A stretch of DNA of 64,000 bases, taken from positions 8,064 to 72,063 of the forward strand of contig JAXHVT010000066.1 in NCBI GenBank assembly GCA_034188985.1, read 5' to 3'. The translations under genes were made by a program, and so were the position numbers. The notes under the pieces were generated by a model. The model was given only the letters and a program-made list of their open reading frames with translations. It had not been told where the DNA came from and made no database searches. Shown here in pieces: positions 10,663-18,933 of this stretch (position 1 is the stretch's first letter; each line of letters starts with the position of its first letter). This stretch comes from Actinomycetota bacterium (lineage in GTDB: Bacteria > Actinomycetota > Geothermincolia > Geothermincolales > RBG-13-55-18).

Positions 10663-10819
10663 GGCCGGCAAGGCGGCGCCCTCCCGATCCACGGCTTGTA
10701 TCGTCAAGGGGTATGAGGAGCATGTCCGGGCCGGACCTCGGCACGCGGATATGCATGGATGGAGGTGTTGCTTGATATACTGGTGACTTGACAGGCATAG
10801 CGGCGGCTTCAGGAGGTGT

Positions 10820-11671
10820 ATGTGGATGGGTAAGAGGGTGGCTGTCATCGCCCCCATGGGAATGGATCCGGAGATAGATATCCTGAGACAGATCATCGAG
10901 GGCGTCTTCATCCGTAATGCGGAGAAGGTCAAGGAAGGGGATACGGAGGTGGTCTTCCATCTCCTCAACTCCGGCTTCACGGACATCGACTTCTTCGGCT
11001 ATCTCTGCTTCAACGTGCGCAACGATTACGAGTTCTTCGAGGCGGCGCTGAAGGTGGGGGAGGAGGGATACGACGCCCTGGTCATCCACTGCGCCTTCGA
11101 TTCCATGCTCGATCCCCTGCGCCAGGCCCTGGATATCCCGGTGGTCGGGGTGCTGCAGTCCGGGATGCTCCTGGCCACCATGATGGGCCACCGCTTCGGC
11201 GTGGTCACCTTCAGCAAGACCGTGGTCCCCTATATAGAGGATATAATCGCCCGCTACGGTTTGAGGGACAGGGCGGTCCCGGTGCGCAGCTCGGAGAGCG
11301 CGGGCGAGGAGATGCTCATGAGCCTGGCCGACGCCCACGAGCTCATCGAGACCTTCTCCGACGCGGCGCGGAAATGTATAGCCGACGGGGCCGAGGTCCT
11401 GGTGCCGGGCTGAACGGTCATCGCGCCTGCCTTGAGCATGGCACCCGGCTGCGAGGATGAGTACCCCAATGGTTTCGTCCAGGTCGACGGGGTCCCAGTA
11501 GTCGACGTTATAAGCTCCGGCGTGAGGTTGGCCGAGGTCATGTCGTCCCTCAAGGAGGCCGGCCTGTCCTGGGTCAGCCGGGCCGGAATCTACCGCCGGC
11601 CTGAGCAGGAGATGATGGAGCGCAACCTGGAGGATTTTCCCTACCACGGATCCGGTGCCTGGCACTATTAG
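10820..11671 (+). CDS. Asp/Glu/hydantoin racemase family protein (hydantoin racemase/arylmalonate decarboxylase-like) with in-frame TGA at 11411-11413; candidate selenocysteine codon, otherwise a nonsense-mutated pseudogene
   Basis: ORFs 10820-11413 and 11432-11671 are in the same frame, separated only by the TGA. First catalytic-Cys signature LVIHCAFDSM present. TGA lies at LVPG[TGA]TVIAP, matching PROSITE racemase signature 2 ([LIVM](2)-x-[AG]-C-T) at the Cys position. Hairpin-forming sequence 11419-11458 lies downstream. Confidence 0.6.
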
Positions 11672-11804
11672 CGCCGGGGTTCGCGCGGGCGCCGTCGTCC
11701 ATGGCGCGTGACGGATTCCGGCCGCACGGCCGCGTGGTCGGAGATGGCGATCATGTGGAGAAAGGTCACCGTTGAGTGACGGAGCAGCATTAAAGGGGGC
11801 GGCG

Positions 11805-12437
11805 ATGGATATCTTGACCAACATCAAGGAAGGTATCACTGCAGGGGACCCGGTAAACGAACTGGTGCAAGAGGCTCTCTCGTCTATCGAGCCCGAGCTG
11901 ATACTGAACCGGGGGGTGGTGGCCGGCATACGGAGAGCCGGCGAACTGTGGCAGGAGGGGGAGTATTTCCTGCCCGATGTCATCCTGGCGGCGGAGACCT
12001 TCAAGGAGGCCATGGAACTGCTTGAGCCCCGCATCGGCGGCGGGGCGGATAAGGGAGCGGGCAGCTACCTCATAGGAGTGGTGGAGGGTGACATGCACGA
12101 CCTGGGCAAGTCCATAGTCATCGCCATGCTCACCTCCGGCGGTTTCGAGGTCATAGATCTGGGGTCGAACGTACCCATCCAGACCTTCGTGGACAAGGTC
12201 AGGGAGCACCAACCGGACATCGTGGGCGTGGGGGCCTACATGTCCACCACCATGCTCCTCATGAAGGACGTTGTCGAGGCCCTGGAGAAAGCCGGCCTGC
12301 GCGACGGGGTCAAGGTCATGGTGGGAGGGGTCCCCATAACCCCCCAGTACGCCGAGGACGTGGGGGCGGACAGCTACGGAAGGGACGCCATGGAGGCGCT
12401 GGAGAACGCCAGAAAACTCATGGGGGTGGAGTCATGA
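11805..12437 (+). CDS. corrinoid (cobalamin-binding) protein of methyltransferase systems (MtaC/MtbC/MttC-like)
   Basis: B12-binding DxHxxG motif (GDMHDLGK) plus N-terminal helical cap; RBS AAAGGGGG before ATG 11805 (alternative TTG 11772). Confidence 0.8.
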   Translation: MDILTNIKEGITAGDPVNELVQEALSSIEPELILNRGVVAGIRRAGELWQEGEYFLPDVILAAETFKEAMELLEPRIGGGADKGAGSYLIGVVEGDMHDLGKSIVIAMLTSGGFEVIDLGSNVPIQTFVDKVREHQPDIVGVGAYMSTTMLLMKDVVEALEKAGLRDGVKVMVGGVPITPQYAEDVGADSYGRDAMEALENARKLMGVES

Positions 12438-13765
12438 GCGCGAAAAGGAAACTCGTCGCGGCAGGCCTTGCGGCGGGCGCCGCCGCCGGAGCCTGCGCCT
12501 TGAGCCCGCCCTACATGAGGAGCAGCGCCCGCGGTTTTCTGTACGCGGCCGGGTTGAAGCAGGTGCCGCTGCCGGGACTGGGTAGGGTGGTGGCCACCAT
12601 ACTGGGGAAGCCGGACTACCCCCCCTGCTTCGCCCAGATGCACGAGCACGTTCAATATATCTCCGGGGTCGCGCCCCGGGAGTTCTACCTCACCGACGGC
12701 TACAAGATGGCCGTGACCACCAAGCTGGTCAACGACTACTACGGCATGGACGTGCCCCTGCCGTTCACCGACACCTACAACATCGAGGCGGAGGCCATGG
12801 GCGCGACCATGATAGCAGGGGACATAGACATGCCCACCATCGATTACAGGAAGCCGCTTGTAGAGAATATCTCGGATATAGACAGGATCGACATAGACTT
12901 CCAGCCGGACTGGGGGAGGATCGGGTACGTAATCGACACTATCAGGGCCATGAGGGAGGTGTGCGGGCTGCCCGAGCTGATCATCTTCTGCGCGCCCTTC
13001 AGCCTGGCGGTGGGCCTGCGCTCCTACCCCAAGCTCATCCGGGACATGCGCAAGGATCCCCCGGCCGCCCACGCCCTGATGACCTGGATAACCGAGGAGG
13101 TGCACCCCCGCTACCTGGGCCTGCTCAAGAGGGAGACGGGGGCCAGGATAGGCATCGGCGCCGACGCTTGGGCCGCCTTCCCCAACCTCACCGTGGACAT
13201 GGTCGAGGAATGGGTCGTCCCCTACAATTCCAGGCTCAGGCGGCGTATGAAGAAGGAGGGCATGGCCCTCATCCTCATAGGCGCCGCCGACTACTGCGAG
13301 GAACAGGCCGCCAGGTTCGACCGGGAGACCATGGAGGCCTGCTGGCTGACGCATTCCAGGAGCATAGTGGGCGATTGGGCCGTGAACGGCATGCCCTTCA
13401 TGGGCATGGGACGCACCCAGGAATGGCCCCTGGAGTGGATGCAGGAGTTCGCCGTGCGCGGCACCTCGAAGCGCTACGGCAAGAAGGCCATACTGGCCAG
13501 CGTCAACGCCAGGTTCATCAGGGAGGGCCCGGCGGAGGCCATAGTGGATTTCGTCAAGAGGACGGTGGATGTCCTGGCCAGGGAGGGCAAGTTTTTCATA
13601 TTCCTGGCCCAGGTTCCCGCGGCCACTCCCCCCGAGCACGTCCACGCCGCGGTGGCGGCGCTCAAGACCTACGGAAGGTACCCCATAGCCGAGGACCTGG
13701 ACGGGGTGGAATTCCGCGTACCGGAGTTCGAGCCCTTCGACGTGTGGCTGCGCAAGCAGGGATAA
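12434..13765 (+). CDS. uroporphyrinogen-decarboxylase (URO-D) family methyltransferase (MtaA/CmuA/O-demethylase MT-I-like)
   Basis: URO-D-fold conservation through 443 aa; ATGA overlap with corrinoid-protein stop suggests translational coupling. Confidence 0.75.
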   Translation: MSAKRKLVAAGLAAGAAAGACALSPPYMRSSARGFLYAAGLKQVPLPGLGRVVATILGKPDYPPCFAQMHEHVQYISGVAPREFYLTDGYKMAVTTKLVNDYYGMDVPLPFTDTYNIEAEAMGATMIAGDIDMPTIDYRKPLVENISDIDRIDIDFQPDWGRIGYVIDTIRAMREVCGLPELIIFCAPFSLAVGLRSYPKLIRDMRKDPPAAHALMTWITEEVHPRYLGLLKRETGARIGIGADAWAAFPNLTVDMVEEWVVPYNSRLRRRMKKEGMALILIGAADYCEEQAARFDRETMEACWLTHSRSIVGDWAVNGMPFMGMGRTQEWPLEWMQEFAVRGTSKRYGKKAILASVNARFIREGPAEAIVDFVKRTVDVLAREGKFFIFLAQVPAATPPEHVHAAVAALKTYGRYPIAEDLDGVEFRVPEFEPFDVWLRKQG

Positions 13766-13838
13766 AGGGCACCGGCCTTCGGCGTACAACACACGGAGGC
13801 AGGCCGTGGGCCGGTGATTGCGACAAGGAGGTTTCGCT

Positions 13839-14699
13839 TTGCTTGACAGGCTTTTCGGGAGGCGGAGAGGCGAACACGATTTCAGTGGAAAGATCGTGCT
13901 GGTGACGGGGGCCGCATCGGGCATCGGCCGCGGCGTGGCCCTGGCCTTCGCCCGGGCCGGCTCCGACCTGGTGCTGGTCGACGTGGACGGGGGGCGCCTG
14001 CGCGAGACCGCGGATATGGTGGAGGCGTCCGGCTCGCGCTGCCTGGCAAAACGCGTGGACGTATCCAGCCGTTCGCAGATGGAGGCCATGGCAGGTGAGG
14101 TGCTGTCCGATTGGGGTCGAGTGGACATCCTGATCAACAACGCCGGCGTGGGGGTAGGCGGCGAGCTGGTGAATATACCCATGGAGGACCTGGAATGGAT
14201 AGTGGGCATCAACCTCATGGGCGAGATATACGGCACGCGCCTCTTCCTCCCCCGCATGATCGAGCGGGGCGAGGGACATATCGTCAACGTGGCCTCCCTG
14301 TCCGGCCTGGTGCTCCTGCCCTTTCACCTCGCCTACACCACCACCAAGTTCGGGCTCACCGGTTTCTCCACCGCCCTGTGGGCGGAGACCAAGCGACACG
14401 GGGTGGGCGTTACCCTGGTGTGCCCGGGGGCGGTGAAGACAAATATCATGGAGCACACCCGCGCCCACGCGGGCGGCGATAAACAGGAGGAGGCGACGGA
14501 GAGGTTCGGCCGCCTCCTGCAGGAGAGGGGCAAGAGCCCGGACGAGGCGGCGGCGTTTATCCTCGACGCCGTGGCGGCAAAGAGGTTCCTCTGCCTGATG
14601 GGGGCGGAGGCCTATATCCTCTATTACCTGACCCGGCTGTCCCCCGGCTTCATGCGCCGGCTGGTGGCCTCGATAACCGGCCTCTTGTCGAAAGGATAA
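13839..14699 (+). CDS. SDR family oxidoreductase
   Basis: TGAASGIG Rossmann motif, NNAG, catalytic YxxxK (YTTTK); RBS AAGGAGG before TTG 13839 (longer ORF from 13818). Confidence 0.8.
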   Translation: MLDRLFGRRRGEHDFSGKIVLVTGAASGIGRGVALAFARAGSDLVLVDVDGGRLRETADMVEASGSRCLAKRVDVSSRSQMEAMAGEVLSDWGRVDILINNAGVGVGGELVNIPMEDLEWIVGINLMGEIYGTRLFLPRMIERGEGHIVNVASLSGLVLLPFHLAYTTTKFGLTGFSTALWAETKRHGVGVTLVCPGAVKTNIMEHTRAHAGGDKQEEATERFGRLLQERGKSPDEAAAFILDAVAAKRFLCLMGAEAYILYYLTRLSPGFMRRLVASITGLLSKG

Positions 14700-14824
14700 A
14701 CTCCGGGGAATGGAGAGGTACACTCACCTAGATCTCATCCCGGATTGCATGGCCGCCGGGTAGTCATCTCCCCGCGTAGCCGCATGGCGGAGACCGCTGT
14801 GCAAGTCTCTCACGATTTGGTCGA

Positions 14825-15322
14825 TTAAGTCTTTCTCCATCCGGCGATAAGCCTGCCGCATTCCTTTGCGGGAAGCCTCCTGCCCCTGGCGACCATTTTC
14901 TCCAGCGCATCGCTGGCATCCCTGGCATCGAAAACGCCGGATTCGACAAGTCGATCCAACAACCAGAGCGTACCATGTACCACGACACCTTCCCCCTCGG
15001 CGGCTTTCCTTAAAGCCTTGTCTCCGGTTAGAAGAGGCATTTTTCTCGATACGGCGATCCCCAGGAGAATAGCGTCGTTTCTCTTGATGGCTGGGTACCT
15101 CACGATGTAGGTTATCAGGCTTTGGAGTGTGGGGCCATCGAGCCCTATCGCTCTTAATCCCATGTCGGCGAGGTCTGAGACGCTGGGAGTTTCCAGTTCA
15201 TCATGCATTATCAGGTCGGTCGTTAAGAACTCGAAGTAAGACTCGAACAAGTAGTTGAGTGATTCCCCCGCCACGAAGTCGAATATAATGCAGGCGTCGA
15301 TCAGGAAAGACGTTCTCTTCAC
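14825..15322 (-). CDS. PIN-domain protein (COG2405-like putative nuclease)
   Basis: Conserved acidic residues (LIDACIIFD, HDELE, LTGDKALRKAA) and C-terminal GTLWLL motif typical of PIN; lies 6 nt downstream of the HTH-ImmA gene in a lower-GC island. Confidence 0.6.
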   Translation of the reverse strand: MKRTSFLIDACIIFDFVAGESLNYLFESYFEFLTTDLIMHDELETPSVSDLADMGLRAIGLDGPTLQSLITYIVRYPAIKRNDAILLGIAVSRKMPLLTGDKALRKAAEGEGVVVHGTLWLLDRLVESGVFDARDASDALEKMVARGRRLPAKECGRLIAGWRKT

Positions 15323-15328
15323 TGATGG

Positions 15329-16453
15329 TCACTTTACAGTTTCTTCGTCCGTCAAGGGCCAGAACAAACCGGCGTATTGTGAGGGAGAGAAAATATCCTT
15401 CGCGCTTTTCAGTGAAGAAGGCGCGATCTCCCGAATACCGGTCGCCACATCCACATACGATGAGCCCAGGAGTTCGACCGCCTTTGACTCGGAGATTACC
15501 TCCTCGGCCAGAAGATGCAGGATGATCTTCTCCATCCTTTTGGGTTTATCGGGTTCTATTTGATCGAAGGGCTCCCGTTTATCGAAATCATTGCTCCTGA
15601 AATACTTAAAAAAAGCCATGTAGAAGCCGCTTCCTATAATCCCGAGATCCTTGGCCCTGTAAACCCACGCCTGCATGCTCAGCTTGTACTTCCGTTTCAA
15701 TAGATACAACTCGTTCAGGTTTAGGGCGTGCCTTTTATGTCCCAACTCCTCGTATACGAGTTCCCTGGGTACCAGGAAAGCACCCGCGAACCGGTGGGCC
15801 GCTTTCTCCTCGTCGATCCCATCTCCCAACAGCATTAGCAGATGACCGAGTTCGTGGGCGAGATTGAAGAACTGCCGGTCACCGGGCAGTTTGTCCTTGA
15901 GGGCGATGACGGGGTCCTCATCGGCGTAGAAGGTGCATGCGTCGAATTCCCGGCATGCTTCGAAGAGGCCTATCTTCACGCCCCTGTCCTCGAGGATATC
16001 GATCATGCTCTCTACGGGATCGAGTCCCAGGCCCCAGTGGTTACGCAGATTGACGGCTATTCCCTCGATATCTTCAAGTTTCTCTGCAAACCTGTTCATA
16101 TCAACCGGTAGGCGTTTCCTGAACTCGATCCTTGAGGGAAGCAGGCTTTCGGCCTCCATGTATCTTTCCACCCACTCCCTTACCTGCCCGGTCAGCTTCT
16201 GCTCCTGTTTCCTGGGCATGGACAGGCGGCAGCGAAAAGCCATCGCCTTTAACTCGGGGCCCACCGGCCGCAGAAAGAACTCGGTCTTGATACCCAGGGC
16301 TTTCGCCAGCCTTACAAGCACTCCCGAGCTGGGCATGTCATGCCCGTTCTCGTATTTCGATATGGCCATGGCGCTGACGCCCGAAGCCTCTCCCAGCGCC
16401 CTCTGGCTCAAGCCCTTCATGTGGCGTGCCATCTTGATCCTCTCGCCGATCAT
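15329..16453 (-). CDS. XRE-family HTH fused to ImmA/IrrE (M78, COG2856) zinc metallopeptidase
   Basis: N-terminal Cro/C1 HTH (LSQRALGEASGVSAMAISKYENG); HEXXH (HELGHLL) peptidase motif; RBS GGAGG before ATG 16453. Confidence 0.8.
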   Translation of the reverse strand: MIGERIKMARHMKGLSQRALGEASGVSAMAISKYENGHDMPSSGVLVRLAKALGIKTEFFLRPVGPELKAMAFRCRLSMPRKQEQKLTGQVREWVERYMEAESLLPSRIEFRKRLPVDMNRFAEKLEDIEGIAVNLRNHWGLGLDPVESMIDILEDRGVKIGLFEACREFDACTFYADEDPVIALKDKLPGDRQFFNLAHELGHLLMLLGDGIDEEKAAHRFAGAFLVPRELVYEELGHKRHALNLNELYLLKRKYKLSMQAWVYRAKDLGIIGSGFYMAFFKYFRSNDFDKREPFDQIEPDKPKRMEKIILHLLAEEVISESKAVELLGSSYVDVATGIREIAPSSLKSAKDIFSPSQYAGLFWPLTDEETVK

Positions 16454-16571
16454 GCCAGCCACCTCCTTTCACCGGTTTACACAATAGCAAATATATTTCT
16501 ATATGTAAACTGCTAAGCCTGGAAGTTGATTTCCTGAAATGTCACCATGTACTGGTAAAATATAGTGTCGA

Positions 16572-18419
16572 ATGAAGGCTATTGCAGGGCGATTTAACGG
16601 TATGCCCGTTTGCTATGTTTTTCTGTCAAAGCTCCTTAGCGGGAATCTGTTATTAACAGACGGGAAAGCATTCCCCTATAGCAACTACAACAAGCGAAAT
16701 TATGAGCATACTGCAGAGGAATTACGGGCTAATGAAGATTGGCATAGGGGAATATTACCTGACGAGGAGGAACAAAGACTGAGGCGATTAACCGTTTCTC
16801 CTTCAAGGGAGAAGCTCGCACCAATAAGAGACTGCAATTTGGAGGCTCAACGGTTAATCTCACAAGCCAAAGATTTATGTGGCAGGTCCGTCACGACCCG
16901 TGTTATTGAAGATTTGAAGAACAGGCCCAGTGTTAATAGATGGGTCGAACAAGGCCTTCAACTCCATGCCGAACAACAATCTCCAAAGTGCCTCTTCTGT
17001 AATCAATCTCTACCACCGGGTCATCTTGCCAGGCTGGAAGCTCATTTCAGTGAAGAATACAAGCAGCTCATCGGTGAAGTAGGGAAACTGGAGCATGATA
17101 TTGAAGAAGAACGCAAGCGATTGGAATCAGGCCGCTTACCCGAGAAGGCATTATTGTATGAAGAATTCCAAGATGATTATGGGAATGCTATTGAAAGATA
17201 CGAAAGCGAGAAAGAGGGGTACCTGGACCTCCTTGATTATCTGCAGAACCGGCTGGAATCCAAAAAAGAAGATCCCTTCATGGATATTCAATGTGATTAT
17301 GAATCTTGGCGGATAGATATGGAAACCATGTCAAGCGTGAACGGATTGATAAGAAGACACAATGAAATGAGCGATAATTTTCAGAGAAAAGTTGAAGAGG
17401 CAAGGAGGGAACTCGAGGAGTCATATGTGGCGAAGGAGCTTGTACGGTTCACCGAATTGAGTGATCAGAAAAAATCCCAAGAGGAAATGATCAATAAGCT
17501 TGATAGAGAATTGTCCGGTATAAAGGAAAAGATCGAGCAACTGGAGCTGGGTATCAAGGATCATCTGCGGCCAGCGGAAGAATTGAACGAAGAGATCGGG
17601 CAATACCTAGGGCATGACGAGCTTCGCTTTGAGGCCAGCGAGGCCGAGGCAGGCTATAGCATTGTCCGTGAAGGGGAGCCCGCACGCTCATTATCCGAAG
17701 GGGAAAAGACGGCTCTGGCTTTTCTATATTTTCTGAGAACACTTACGGACAAGGATCTCGAGATAGAAGAAGGAATCGTTGTGATTGACGACCCTGTTTC
17801 CAGCTTGGATTCAACCTCACTGTACAATGCTTTTGGCTTTATGAAGGATCGTGTACAAGAGGCAGGTCAACTATTTGTTCTTACCCATAATTTCCTGTTC
17901 TTCCGGCAGGTTAAGAACTGGATGTCATATCTTAAGCAAAGAAAGAAGAAAGATATCGGATTTTATATGCTTCTTACCGAAAATGTGATAGATGGAAGAT
18001 GTTCTAGCATCGTGATATTAGATGAATTATTGAGAGACCATGAGACTGAATATCACTATCTTTTCAAACTTGTTTATGAAGCCGCAAATAGCGAACCTGG
18101 CAAAGGGAAGTTGCGAGACTACTATCATCTGCCAAACGTGGCACGCAGGCTTATGGAGGCTTTCCTTGAATTTACATTTCCAAATGAGAAGAATCTATAT
18201 TCAAAGATAGATCAAACAAATATCCTTGCAGCAAAGAAGGCGCGAATTAAGAGATTCTGTGATACTCATTCGCATAACGCTAGAATAAGCCAGCCTGAGC
18301 ATGATGCTTCAATCCTCGGTGAAACGCCGGCGATTATGAAAGATATCATGGTAATGATAGCCGAAACAAATCATGATCATTATGATCGCATGAAGGAGCT
18401 GGTGACCCCATCATCATGA
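16572..18419 (+). CDS. AAA_13-family (PrrC/RloC-like) ABC-type ATPase with C-terminal Rx4H (HEPN-like) nuclease motif; appears 5'-truncated and is probably non-functional
   Basis: ABC signature LSEGEK, Walker B/D-loop VVIDDPVSSLD, zinc-hook-like CLFC, H-loop THNF, C-terminal KRFCDTHSH (Rx4H). No Walker A (GxxGxGKT) anywhere; only about 140 aa precede the CxxC where full-length relatives have about 260. Lower GC than surroundings. Confidence 0.6.
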   Translation: MKAIAGRFNGMPVCYVFLSKLLSGNLLLTDGKAFPYSNYNKRNYEHTAEELRANEDWHRGILPDEEEQRLRRLTVSPSREKLAPIRDCNLEAQRLISQAKDLCGRSVTTRVIEDLKNRPSVNRWVEQGLQLHAEQQSPKCLFCNQSLPPGHLARLEAHFSEEYKQLIGEVGKLEHDIEEERKRLESGRLPEKALLYEEFQDDYGNAIERYESEKEGYLDLLDYLQNRLESKKEDPFMDIQCDYESWRIDMETMSSVNGLIRRHNEMSDNFQRKVEEARRELEESYVAKELVRFTELSDQKKSQEEMINKLDRELSGIKEKIEQLELGIKDHLRPAEELNEEIGQYLGHDELRFEASEAEAGYSIVREGEPARSLSEGEKTALAFLYFLRTLTDKDLEIEEGIVVIDDPVSSLDSTSLYNAFGFMKDRVQEAGQLFVLTHNFLFFRQVKNWMSYLKQRKKKDIGFYMLLTENVIDGRCSSIVILDELLRDHETEYHYLFKLVYEAANSEPGKGKLRDYYHLPNVARRLMEAFLEFTFPNEKNLYSKIDQTNILAAKKARIKRFCDTHSHNARISQPEHDASILGETPAIMKDIMVMIAETNHDHYDRMKELVTPSS

Positions 18420-18933
18420 GTATTATCGGAGTAAGCTTCTTAAAGATGGGGCAATCAACCGGAGCCGGAACCAATCTGGTGTGGTAGTGCTCCTTCGCCG
18501 GGATGATCGAGAAAATCCTCCGCGGGTACCGGAACCAAGCCATCGAAACGCTGCAGGTCATAGAGAACTTGATCGGACTGTCGAGTTAGATGCTCGAGGT
18601 CGGACGCAGGGGTGAATACCTGGGGCTTGTGGAGAAAGAGATGGACTTCCAAGATGCTTTTAAGGCAAACCATAGCGCGGTTAGAGTCTAGAGTGAAGAA
18701 GCGCTCCCGGTTGTTGTGAAGGTGGTAACCAAGACGGTGTGTACAGGGGTTGTCATCATTAAGCGGCAAGGGTTAGTGCCTGCGCAAACCCGCGAGGGTT
18801 GGTGAGGCGCACCTCGATTAAGCGAGGTCATCCTCCTTCGATTGACAAGTATGGGCCGCTGCCCGATACTCGGATGAGTGCCTCATATCGATGAGGCGGC
18901 GCACGAATAGAGCCGAGCCGAAAGATACTGGAT

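Noticed and set aside
11414-11431. Treating 10820-11413 and 11432-11671 as two separate genes
   Set aside because: Both are in the same frame, separated by a single TGA. Together they reconstitute one full-length racemase-family protein, and the second piece lacks its own RBS.
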